Assembly: GCA_033812795.1 (NCBI GenBank)
Contig: JAPXSY010000004.1
Span: forward strand, 20,768-84,767
Origin: Kiritimatiellia bacterium
GTDB taxonomy: Bacteria; Verrucomicrobiota; Kiritimatiellia; RFP12; UBA1067
Length of the DNA stretch: 64,000 bases
Direction of reading: 5' to 3'
Under the pieces are notes generated by a model. It saw only the letters and a program-made list of their open reading frames with translations, did no database searches and was not told the DNA's origin. The stretch's first letter is position 1, and each line of letters starts with the position of its first letter. Positions 56,262 through 64,000 of this stretch are shown piece after piece. The position numbers and the translations under genes were made by a program.

Positions 56262-56930
56262 ATGAAGCACACAGGAATGATGTTGGCGGCTGTTGTGGCG
56301 GGCCTTGCCGTGGTGGCGGGCGCGCAGGACGGAGCCAAGGTGCAGTTGAAGATCGAACTGCCGAAACCGCAGTTCACGGGTACGCCCAAAGACATTCGCT
56401 CGCCGAACCTCGAGCCGGCCCGCGGCGGCAAGCCGCGTCCGCCGATTGATGTTCCGGCTGGCGCTGACAAGGTGCTCTCGAAAGACTGCAAGGTCACGTC
56501 GAGCGATCCAGAGCCGATCATCGGCGAGCTGTCGTTCATCACGGACGGCGACAAAGAGCATGACGCCGCGACGTATGTCGAACTCGGCCCCGGCACGCAG
56601 TGGGTGCAGGTCGATCTGGGCAAGGAGAAGGAAGTCTACGCCGCGTGCGTGTGGCACTACCACGGCGAGGCGCGCGTCTATCGTGACGTGGTCTGCCAGA
56701 TTTCCAATGATCCTGACTTCATCGACGGCGTCGTGACGGTCTTCAACAACGACCATGACAATTCCTCGAAGCTGGGTGAAGGCAAAGAGAAAGAGTATAT
56801 CGAGACCAACGAGGGCCGTCCTTTCGCCGTCAGTGGCGTGAAGGGCCGTTACGTCCGCTTCTACAGCAAGGGCAACACCTCGAACGAGATGAACCACTAC
56901 ACGGAGATTGAAGTGTACGGCAAGCCCTGA
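56262..56930 (+). CDS. secreted discoidin (F5/8 type C) domain protein
   Basis: Signal MKHTGMMLAAVVAGLAVVAGAQ. …TYVELGPGTQWVQVDLGKEKEVYAACVWHYH…GRYVRFYSKGNTSNEMNHYTEIEVYG is the discoidin pattern. AAGGAGG lies 5 nt upstream. Confidence 0.85.
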   Translation: MKHTGMMLAAVVAGLAVVAGAQDGAKVQLKIELPKPQFTGTPKDIRSPNLEPARGGKPRPPIDVPAGADKVLSKDCKVTSSDPEPIIGELSFITDGDKEHDAATYVELGPGTQWVQVDLGKEKEVYAACVWHYHGEARVYRDVVCQISNDPDFIDGVVTVFNNDHDNSSKLGEGKEKEYIETNEGRPFAVSGVKGRYVRFYSKGNTSNEMNHYTEIEVYGKP

Positions 56931-56938
56931 GCGGGAGT

Positions 56939-57015
56939 AGGAGTTGGGATTTAGGATTTAGGATTTAGGATTTAGGATTTAGGAGTTAGGAGTTAGGATT
57001 TAGGATTTAGGAGTT
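56939..57015. repeat. tandem heptamer array AGGAKTT x11
   Basis: aggagtt, gggattt, aggattt x4, aggagtt x2, aggattt x2, aggagtt as contiguous 7-mers starting 9 nt after the discoidin stop codon. A related TTTAGGATTCAGGAGG forms the RBS region of trx (57158-57173). Confidence 0.9.
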
Positions 57016-57181
57016 GATGTTTCTGAATCCGAAACCTGACTTCGGCAACAAGAGCGGCGTGGCGGGCAAACGGGTCCGTCCGCCGCCTGTTTTGTTGCGT
57101 AAGAAATTGACGCATTGGGCCGGTTCCTGATATGTTGTCCGAAACCATCAGGATGGGTTTAGGATTCAGGAGGACGAAACG

Positions 57182-57613
57182 ATGAGAATGAGGATTTTCG
57201 CGACGGTATCGGTGATCGGATGCTTGTGGCTGACGGGGTGCAAGCCTGCGGGAGCGCCGACAACGGATTCCGTACCGGATGCAGGATCCGGCACTGCGGC
57301 GCAGGTGCTGGAGTTGAATGACATGACGTTTACGGCGCAGACCGCGCAGGGCGTGGTGCTGGTTGATTTCTGGGCACCCTGGTGCGGGCCCTGCCGTACC
57401 CAGGGGCCGATCATCGAGCAGGCGGCCAAGCTGTTGGGGGATTCTGCAAAGGTGGCTAAGGTCAATGTGGATGACGCGCAGCAAACGGCAAAGCGTTTTG
57501 GGGTTCAGGGCATTCCGACGCTGATCGTATTCAAGGATGGCAAGCCGGGCAAACGGTTTGTGGGCGTGACTCAGGCTGCGGTGCTGGTCGAGGCGGTGAA
57601 AGAGGCGCTGTGA
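57182..57613 (+). CDS. trxA: thioredoxin (lipoprotein-anchored)
   Basis: Lipobox WLTGC, active site WAPWCGPC, …GIPTLIVFKDGK. GGAGG lies 8 nt upstream. Confidence 0.92.
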   Translation: MRMRIFATVSVIGCLWLTGCKPAGAPTTDSVPDAGSGTAAQVLELNDMTFTAQTAQGVVLVDFWAPWCGPCRTQGPIIEQAAKLLGDSAKVAKVNVDDAQQTAKRFGVQGIPTLIVFKDGKPGKRFVGVTQAAVLVEAVKEAL

Positions 57614-57703
57614 TATTTAGGATGTGACGTGCTCTTTCCGCCTTTGCGCCTTCGGGATTTTTGACCTGACAGACTCCCGCCGGAGCCCGTATACTGCATA
57701 CCA

Positions 57704-60484
57704 ATGGGTTTTATGCCGGAGGATTTGCGGGGGGGTGTGTGCGTGAGTGAGACGGCCAAGTTGTTCCTGATCGATGTGATGCCGCTGCTGTACCGCGGCC
57801 ATTTCGTGTTTCTCAAATCCCCGCGCGTGACGAGTGGCGGGGTCAATACCTCCGCGTTGACCGGGTTTGCCAACTGTCTGTTGCAGATTCTCAACGAGCA
57901 CACCCCCACGCATGTTGCGTTGGTGCTGGATTCGTCCACGCCGACTTTCCGGCATGAGGCATATCCTCTCTACAAGGCCCAACGGCAGAAAATGCCGGAG
58001 GACCTGGCGGCCGCGATCCCTATGTCGATCGAGTTGGCCGAGGCGTTGCGGATTCCGATCTTGCGCGTGGACGGGTTTGAGGCGGATGACGTGATGGGGA
58101 CTCTGGCCGCGCATGCCGCAACGAAACCCGGCTGGCAGACTTATCTGGCCACGCCCGACAAGGACGTGGCGCAACTGGTCGGCCCGGCGACGTTCCTGTT
58201 CCGTCCCGGCAAGGGGGGGGCACCAGCGGAAATTTACGATGAGGCGGCGGTATGCCGACATTGGGGTGTGAGTGCCCCTAGCCAGATGATCGACCTCCTA
58301 GGCTTGGCGGGGGATGCCTCAGACAACATTCCGGGCATTCCTGGTGTGGGTGAGAAAACAGCGACCGCACTGTTGGCGCAGTTCGGCGATTTGGAAAACG
58401 TGCTTGCGCATGCCGCGGAACTCAAGGGGAAACTCGCGGAGAAAGTGGCGGCCGGGGCGGCGAGCGCGCGACAGAGTCGTGAGTTGGCAGCCATCCGGAC
58501 GGATGTGCCCCTGACGATCCGCCTCGACGACCTCGCGTGCCGGGATCCCGATGAGGCGCGTTTGCGCGCGGTGCTGAAGAAATATGAGTTGGCGGCGCTT
58601 GGCAAACGGCTGCTGGGCGAGGGGTTTACGGACGGCACCGGAGGTGTTGCGGCATCCGGCGCCTACCAAACGTTGGCCGATGTCCCGCATACCTATGTCT
58701 GCGTCACGGACGAGGAGCGGATGCGGGAATTGCTACGGGCGCTGGAGGAGGCACCCGAGTGGGCGTTCGACACGGAAACCACGGGGTTGAACCCGCGTCA
58801 CGACCGGCTGGTGGGCCTCTCCTTCGCGACCGCGCCGGGACGGGCATGGTACGTGCCCGTGCCCGAAACGCATGAGGCCTGCCGCGCGGCGCTGCACCGT
58901 TTCGCGCCCTATTTCGATGACCCGGCTACGATCAAGATCGGGCATAACGCGAAATTCGATCTCACGGTCCTGCGTCAATATGGCATCACTCTGCGCGGTG
59001 GATTGCATGACACCATGCTCGCGCATTATGTGATCGACGCATCGGATCGGCACGGCATGGACCATCTCGCACGGCAGTATCTGCATTACAATCCGATTCC
59101 GATCACCGCGCTGATCGGCGAAAAGAAGCGGGGCACGGTGCAGGGGAACATGGGTGACCGGGCTCCCGAGGAGATCTGCGACTATGCGGCCGAGGATGCG
59201 GACATCACGCTGCGGCTGGACCGGCTGTTGCGTCAGGAGGCGCAGGAAACGGGATGCCTGCGCGCGTTGACCGAGTGCGAGGAGCCGCTGGTCGGCGTGC
59301 TGTTGGATATGGAGTCCGAGGGGATCCGCATCAACGAACAGGCATTACGGGAATACGGGCGCGAACTGGATCGCGAGATATTGGATTTGGAGATCCGTAT
59401 TCGTGAATTCGGGGGCGGTCCCTTCAACCCCGCTTCGCCCAAGCAACTCGGCGAGGTTTTGTTCGACCACCTCAAGCTTGATCCGGACGCCGCGCGCACG
59501 GCATCCGGTCAGTACGCTACCAGCGAAGAAGTGCTGCTCAAGCTCCGGGACCGTCATCCGATTGTGCCGCTGATTCTGGAGTACCGGATGTGCGGAAAAC
59601 TCAAATCCACATATGTTGACAAACTGCCCGACTGCATCGATCCGGAGACCGGACGCATTCACACTTCGTTCTCGCAGGCTCTGACCGAAACCGGCCGTCT
59701 CTCCTCCTCCGATCCGAATCTGCAGAACATCCCCATCCGAACCGAGCGCGGTCAGCGCATCCGTTCCGCTTTTGTGGCGCGCGATGCGGATCATGTGCTG
59801 CTCTCCGCCGACTACTCGCAGATCGAGTTGCGCGTGATGGCGGCGCTCAGTAAGGATCCGGGAATGATCGAGGCGTTCCGGCGCGGCGCGGATATTCATC
59901 GCGAGACCGCCTCGCGTGTGTACGGCGTGCCCCCCGACGAGGTCACGCCGGAGATGCGTTCCGTCTGCAAAATGGTCAACTTCGGCATCATTTACGGTAT
60001 TTCCGCGTTCGGCTTGGGTCAGCGGCTGGATGTGCCGCGCAAACAGGCGGCAGAGCTGATCGAAACCTATTTCACCACATACCCCGGCGTGAAAACGTAC
60101 ATGGATCAGGCGATTGCCGAGGCGCGCGCGAAAGGATATGCGCAGACCCTCTTGGGGCGGCGGCGGTTTTTGCGTGATATCAATTCGCGCAACGCCACCT
60201 CGCGTCAATCGGCCGAACGTAACGCGATCAACACCCCGGTGCAGGGCACGGCGGCGGATCTGATCAAGCTGGCAATGGTGCGGGTACACCGCGAATTGGC
60301 CGAACGCGGCCTCAAGACTCGGATGGTGTTGCAGATCCACGACGAACTGCTGTTCGACGCGCCCCGCGGGGAAGTCGAAACGGTCCGCGAGCTGGTCACA
60401 CAGGCCATGACCACGGTATGGGAGATCGGTGTGCCGCTGGAGGTGAGCGTCGGGACGGGGGAAACTTGGCTGGAGGCTCATTGA
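57704..60484 (+). CDS. polA: DNA polymerase I
   Basis: 5'-nuclease domain (LFLIDVMPLLYRGHF…, GDASDNIPGIPGVGEKTA), 3'-5' exo-like domain (FDTETTGL), polymerase motifs (DYSQIELRV, RSVCKMVNFGIIYG, QIHDEL). The true start may be an internal GTG (VSETAKLFLID). Confidence 0.95.
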   Translation: MGFMPEDLRGGVCVSETAKLFLIDVMPLLYRGHFVFLKSPRVTSGGVNTSALTGFANCLLQILNEHTPTHVALVLDSSTPTFRHEAYPLYKAQRQKMPEDLAAAIPMSIELAEALRIPILRVDGFEADDVMGTLAAHAATKPGWQTYLATPDKDVAQLVGPATFLFRPGKGGAPAEIYDEAAVCRHWGVSAPSQMIDLLGLAGDASDNIPGIPGVGEKTATALLAQFGDLENVLAHAAELKGKLAEKVAAGAASARQSRELAAIRTDVPLTIRLDDLACRDPDEARLRAVLKKYELAALGKRLLGEGFTDGTGGVAASGAYQTLADVPHTYVCVTDEERMRELLRALEEAPEWAFDTETTGLNPRHDRLVGLSFATAPGRAWYVPVPETHEACRAALHRFAPYFDDPATIKIGHNAKFDLTVLRQYGITLRGGLHDTMLAHYVIDASDRHGMDHLARQYLHYNPIPITALIGEKKRGTVQGNMGDRAPEEICDYAAEDADITLRLDRLLRQEAQETGCLRALTECEEPLVGVLLDMESEGIRINEQALREYGRELDREILDLEIRIREFGGGPFNPASPKQLGEVLFDHLKLDPDAARTASGQYATSEEVLLKLRDRHPIVPLILEYRMCGKLKSTYVDKLPDCIDPETGRIHTSFSQALTETGRLSSSDPNLQNIPIRTERGQRIRSAFVARDADHVLLSADYSQIELRVMAALSKDPGMIEAFRRGADIHRETASRVYGVPPDEVTPEMRSVCKMVNFGIIYGISAFGLGQRLDVPRKQAAELIETYFTTYPGVKTYMDQAIAEARAKGYAQTLLGRRRFLRDINSRNATSRQSAERNAINTPVQGTAADLIKLAMVRVHRELAERGLKTRMVLQIHDELLFDAPRGEVETVRELVTQAMTTVWEIGVPLEVSVGTGETWLEAH

Positions 60485-60538
60485 GCAACGCCTTCCGGGA
60501 TATTGGCGCAGACGCGCGGGACGTATGGGGAATCAGGC

Positions 60539-61132
60539 ATGAATGAGAAGGAAGGGCAGGAAGTGACGCGCAGGAACGCGCTGGCCTGGTTGTTGCGGGT
60601 TGGCGCGGGCGCGGCGATAACCGCCGCGGCCGTCCAAGCCACACGGCGGGCTTCGGGCAAGCGGACGGTCTGGCAGATCGATCCGCGCAAGTGCATTCAG
60701 TGCGGGCGTTGCGAAACCGAATGCGTGCTCCACCCGTCGGCGGTGAAGTGTGTTCACGGGTACGCGATGTGCGGGTATTGCAAACTCTGTTTTGGCTATT
60801 TCCAACCGGATGCCGCGCGTCTTGATGAGGCGGCGGAGAACCAGATTTGCCCGACCGGTGCGATCCGCCGCCAGTTCATTGAATCACCCTACTTCGAGTA
60901 TCACATCGATGAAGCGCGTTGCACGGGCTGCGCCCTCTGCGTGAAGGGGTGCACACATTTCGGCAACGGGGCGCTGTATCTTCAGATCCGGCATGACCGG
61001 TGTGTCGGATGCAACGCCTGCCGTATCGCGGAGGCGTGTCCGGCTCAGGCTATTATGCGGGTGTCGGCCGACACCCCATACCTGCTGAAAGAAAAACTGG
61101 GGCCGTCCGGCCCAAAGGAATCGGACGGATGA
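60539..61132 (+). CDS. Tat-signal periplasmic polyferredoxin (NapG/MauM-like)
   Basis: MNEKEGQEVTRRNALAWLLRVGAGAAITAAAVQA is Tat-like. Four Cys clusters: CIQCGRCETEC, CGYCKLC…ICPTGAI, CTGCALCVKGC, CVGCNACRIAEACP. Confidence 0.8.
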   Translation: MNEKEGQEVTRRNALAWLLRVGAGAAITAAAVQATRRASGKRTVWQIDPRKCIQCGRCETECVLHPSAVKCVHGYAMCGYCKLCFGYFQPDAARLDEAAENQICPTGAIRRQFIESPYFEYHIDEARCTGCALCVKGCTHFGNGALYLQIRHDRCVGCNACRIAEACPAQAIMRVSADTPYLLKEKLGPSGPKESDG

Positions 61133-62439
61133 AGCGGCCGGGGTGCATCCGGAAACGGGCGGGTCTGGCGGGTATGCTGTTGCCGTTGGTTACCTGGGCG
61201 GCCGATCCGCGTTTTCCACAACCGCAATTCGAATCGGGGCATACGCTGCCGCAGACGCCGCATCCGGCCTTTGTGGAGCAGGTGCCTGCTTGGATGGATG
61301 TGCTGTTGCTCGCGTTGGCTTTGGGCATAGCGGTCTGGCTGGTGCGGCGATTGCGGTCGCGACGCGGCGTATTGCTCTTTTCGCTGCTCTGCTTGGGGTG
61401 GTTTGGTTTTGTGCGGCGCGGATGCGTCTGTCCGGTCGGGGCGGTGCAAAATGTGGCAGAGGCCATGTGGAATGGCGGCGGGTTGCCGTGGTTTGTGGCC
61501 GCAATCTTCGTTTTGCCGCTGTTCGCGACGCTTCTGTATGGCCGGGTGTTTTGTGGCGCGGTATGCCCGTTAGGCGCGTTACAGGATCTTTTCATCATCC
61601 GGCCGCAGCGGGTACCCCGAGCCGTGGATGCGGTGTTGCGGTTGGTGCCGCTCGGGGTGCTTGCGCTGGGTGTGGTGGCTGCGGTCAACGGCGCGGGGTA
61701 TCTGATCTGCCAATGGGACCCCTTTGTGGGGCTGTTCCGGCGCAGCGCGCCGATGACGGTGATGTTAACCGGGATGGCCGTTCTGTTCGTGGGGATGGTG
61801 GTGGCGCGTCCGTACTGCCGTTATTTCTGCCCATACGGTGTGCTGCTGGAGTTTTGCGCGGGGTTGGCGTGGCGTCCGGTGACGATCCCCTCGCGGACAT
61901 GTGTCAACTGCCGGTTATGTGTCGGCACGTGTCCGGTTGGCGCGGTCACGGCACCGCGGGAGGTGACGTCCGGTGCGGAACGGAAGCGGCTTTTCCGGCG
62001 GTTTGTGACGTTGGCGGTGCTGATGCCGCTCGGTGTGCTTTTATGCGCAAGTACAGGCTGGCTGACCGGTGCTTGGGTCGCACGGGCGCATCCTGCGGTG
62101 AGGATGGCGGAAGTGCTCGCGACGGTACCGCAGGAGGCGGCGGATCAGCATCCCGAACTCGAGGCGTTTCGACGCGGGGGCGCGTCGCGTGATGAGGCTG
62201 AGGCATACGCTGCTGAAGCAGTGCGGCGTTTCCGAGCGGGGGGGGCCGGTGCCGGCGTATTTGTGGGGGTGGTGATGGGCCTGCGGCTTTTGGGGATGAC
62301 ACGGCTGCGACGGCGCCCGCTGCATGAGGCGGACCGGATGCGGTGTGTTGCCTGCGGCCGCTGTTGGGACGCGTGCCCCCTGAACCGGTCTGTTGCCGGA
62401 ACCTCAGGATCGACGTCTGACGGCCCTTCAGTGGGCTGA
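61129..62439 (+). CDS. membrane polyferredoxin (NapH/MauN/NosR-like, CX3CP motifs)
   Basis: ATGA overlap with the upstream gene. TM helices carry FCGAVCPLGA and YCRYFCPYG (CX3CP). C-terminal CVNCRLCVGTCPVGA and CVACGRCWDACP are 4Fe-4S motifs. Confidence 0.8.
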   Translation: MKRPGCIRKRAGLAGMLLPLVTWAADPRFPQPQFESGHTLPQTPHPAFVEQVPAWMDVLLLALALGIAVWLVRRLRSRRGVLLFSLLCLGWFGFVRRGCVCPVGAVQNVAEAMWNGGGLPWFVAAIFVLPLFATLLYGRVFCGAVCPLGALQDLFIIRPQRVPRAVDAVLRLVPLGVLALGVVAAVNGAGYLICQWDPFVGLFRRSAPMTVMLTGMAVLFVGMVVARPYCRYFCPYGVLLEFCAGLAWRPVTIPSRTCVNCRLCVGTCPVGAVTAPREVTSGAERKRLFRRFVTLAVLMPLGVLLCASTGWLTGAWVARAHPAVRMAEVLATVPQEAADQHPELEAFRRGGASRDEAEAYAAEAVRRFRAGGAGAGVFVGVVMGLRLLGMTRLRRRPLHEADRMRCVACGRCWDACPLNRSVAGTSGSTSDGPSVG

Positions 62440-63294
62440 GGTCAGGGCCGGTTCCGGAAAATCCGGTAGCGGTACGCCGATACGTGGCACGGCACTCAAC
62501 AGGAGCCGTGTGTACGGATGTTCCGGTGTGTTCAGCACCTGTTCGACCGGGCCGGTTTCGACGATCCGGCCTCGGTTCATGACCGCGATGCGGTCGGCGA
62601 TGTGTTGTACCACGCTGATGTCATGCGTGATGAACAGGTAGGAGAGTCCGTGTTTCGCCTTCAGATCTTCGAGGAGGTTCAACACTTGTGCCCGCACCGA
62701 AAGATCCAACGCGCTGACCGCCTCGTCGCAGATGAGCAGTTGTGGCCCGAGGGCGAGTGCCCGGGCGATGCACAGACGCTGGCGCTGCCCGCCGGAAAAT
62801 TCATGCGGATAACGGTCGAGGATTTCTTCCGGCAGGCCGACATCAGCGAGCAGGCGTACCGCCGCGTCGCGACGGGTTTCAGGCGTCACCAGCCGGTGCG
62901 CCAACATGGCTTCGGTGAGCAGGTCGAGCACGGTGTGACGTGGGTTGAGGGAGGCGTATGGATCTTGGAACACGACTTGCACGGTGCGGCGGTAGGTGCG
63001 GAGATCCGCGCCGCGAAGCGTCCGGATGTCCCGGCCGTTCAGCAGGAGGGTCCCGGCCCGCGGTTTCTCCAGGCGCAGGATAGTACGCGCGAGAGTCGAT
63101 TTGCCGCAACCCGATTCTCCGACGATGCCCAGAGTCTCACCCCGCATCAGATCCAGATCCACACCGTCCACCGCGCGGATATGCCCGACGGTACGGGCGA
63201 AGACCCCTTTTTTGACGGGGTACCAAGTTTTCAGCCCCCGAATCCGCAGGAGCGGCATATCCCTGTCCGAATTGGCCATGACGGTATATAGCAT
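62428..63294 (-). CDS. ABC transporter ATP-binding protein, oligopeptide/dipeptide (OppF/DppF) type
   Basis: Walker A GESGCGKST, signature FSGGQRQR, Walker B LLICDEAVSALD. The C-terminal TPEHPYTRLLLSAVP box is typical of OppD/F. Confidence 0.9.
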   Translation of the reverse strand: MLYTVMANSDRDMPLLRIRGLKTWYPVKKGVFARTVGHIRAVDGVDLDLMRGETLGIVGESGCGKSTLARTILRLEKPRAGTLLLNGRDIRTLRGADLRTYRRTVQVVFQDPYASLNPRHTVLDLLTEAMLAHRLVTPETRRDAAVRLLADVGLPEEILDRYPHEFSGGQRQRLCIARALALGPQLLICDEAVSALDLSVRAQVLNLLEDLKAKHGLSYLFITHDISVVQHIADRIAVMNRGRIVETGPVEQVLNTPEHPYTRLLLSAVPRIGVPLPDFPEPALTSAH

Positions 63295-63461
63295 ACCGGC
63301 ATGGCGGACGGACAGGATAAAAGGCGAATGTCGGTGAAACCCGCAGCGGATTATGAGGATTGGGAGACAAACGAACCGGGGTGACCAGAAACTCCGGTTT
63401 CCTTCCGGGAAGCGGATGTGTTATGCTTCTTTTTTTCAAACCCAATGAGGAATAGCCGGAC

Positions 63462-64000
63462 ATGAACAAGAAGACGTTGCGTGATGTGGACCTGAAGGGC
63501 AAGCGCGTGGTGATGCGCGTGGATTTCAACGTGCCGATCAAGGAAGGCGTGATCAAGGACGATACCCGTATTCGGGGTGCCTTGGCGTCGATCCGTTACG
63601 TGCTGGAGCAGGGCGGGAGTTTGGTGCTGATGAGCCACCTCGGCCGGCCTAAGGGCAAAGGGTATGAGGAGGAGTTCTCGCTGAAGCCGGTGGCTGAACA
63701 CCTTGCCGGGCTTTTGGGTAAGCCCGTGACTTTCGCGCCGGATTGCGCCAACGCCGACGCGGAAGTCTCGGCGTTGCAGCCCGGGGGCGTCGTGATGCTG
63801 GAGAACACGCGTTTTTACAAAGCCGAGGACGGCAAGGTCAAAAAGACCGATGAGATGAGCGATGAGGAGGTTGCCCGGAAGAAAGCCGAGTTGAAAGCCA
63901 AGCGCGAGGAGCTGGCCAAAAAACTCGCCTCCTACGGTGACCTTTTCTGCAACGACGCCTTCGGTACCGCCCACCGCGCCCATGCCTCCACAGCCGTGAT
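63462..64000 (+). CDS. pgk: phosphoglycerate kinase (3' end outside window)
   Basis: Not in the ORF track because no stop falls in the window. Translates to [65 protein letters not shown]…[16 protein letters not shown] lysine/glutamate-rich insert follows ENTRFY. Confidence 0.93.
   Translation, partial: MNKKTLRDVDLKGKRVVMRVDFNVPIKEGVIKDDTRIRGALASIRYVLEQGGSLVLMSHLGRPKGKGYEEEFSLKPVAEHLAGLLGKPVTFAPDCANADAEVSALQPGGVVMLENTRFYKAEDGKVKKTDEMSDEEVARKKAELKAKREELAKKLASYGDLFCNDAFGTAHRAHASTAV

Noticed and set aside
53210-56623. 1137-aa ORF on the minus strand (and 51002..53164, 720 aa) spanning the redox cluster
   Set aside because: These are antisense shadow ORFs typical of GC-rich DNA. Their translations are Arg/His/Pro/Gly-rich with no motifs, whereas the plus-strand genes carry clear signal peptides, CxxCH, ApbE and Rossmann motifs and RBSs.

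Overview
GC-rich bacterial chromosomal segment of about 50 protein genes, one tRNA and no rRNA, CRISPR array or obvious prophage. The protein styles suggest a PVC-superphylum organism (Verrucomicrobiota, Kiritimatiellota or Lentisphaerota-like). These are a giant PATR-type secreted protein, a Tat-exported Gfo/Idh/MocA oxidoreductase, discoidin-domain proteins, a DUF1355-like protein and a Bacteroides/Chlamydia-style V-ATPase operon. That placement is inference only, since no database search was possible.

Core content:
- A complete V-type ATPase operon (E-DUF2764-A-B-D-I-K, minus strand).
- A TolC-MFP-RND-MarR efflux operon.
- uvrA and psd-pssA.
- The tail of the ribosomal spc/alpha cluster (adk-map-rpmJ-rpsM-rpsK-rpsD-rpoA-rplQ).
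- nadA, tsaE, trmL, xerD, hup, trx, polA and pgk (3' end cut by the window).

Observations worth a second look:
1. A co-directional redox cluster at 51056-56930. It holds a Tat-exported Gfo/Idh/MocA dehydrogenase, a heptaheme (7x CxxCH) cytochrome c fused to a His-bearing multi-TM module, a signal-less ApbE, and a secreted discoidin protein.
2. An unusual intergenic architecture. Almost every larger spacer is built from tandem arrays of short 6-9 nt words (AGTGCRTT, AGGAKTT, RGGTCKGAC, GGTTTCWK, GGKATC, CGACCCGC, GGTTAAGG-like). Perfect 24-42 bp modules are shared between distant loci, and at least two MITE-like inverted-repeat elements are present, one of them with an 11-bp flanking duplication.
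3. A 61-bp insertion bounded by a perfect 28-bp direct repeat that frameshifts the giant adhesin-like gene.
4. An orphan NapGH-like quinol dehydrogenase pair.
5. A translationally coupled pair of an EF-hand membrane protein and a BamE-like lipoprotein.
6. A divergent MraY paralog in a three-gene module.

All functional calls come from motif recognition by eye. Several starts were moved relative to the ORF track, which also uses GTG/TTG starts.
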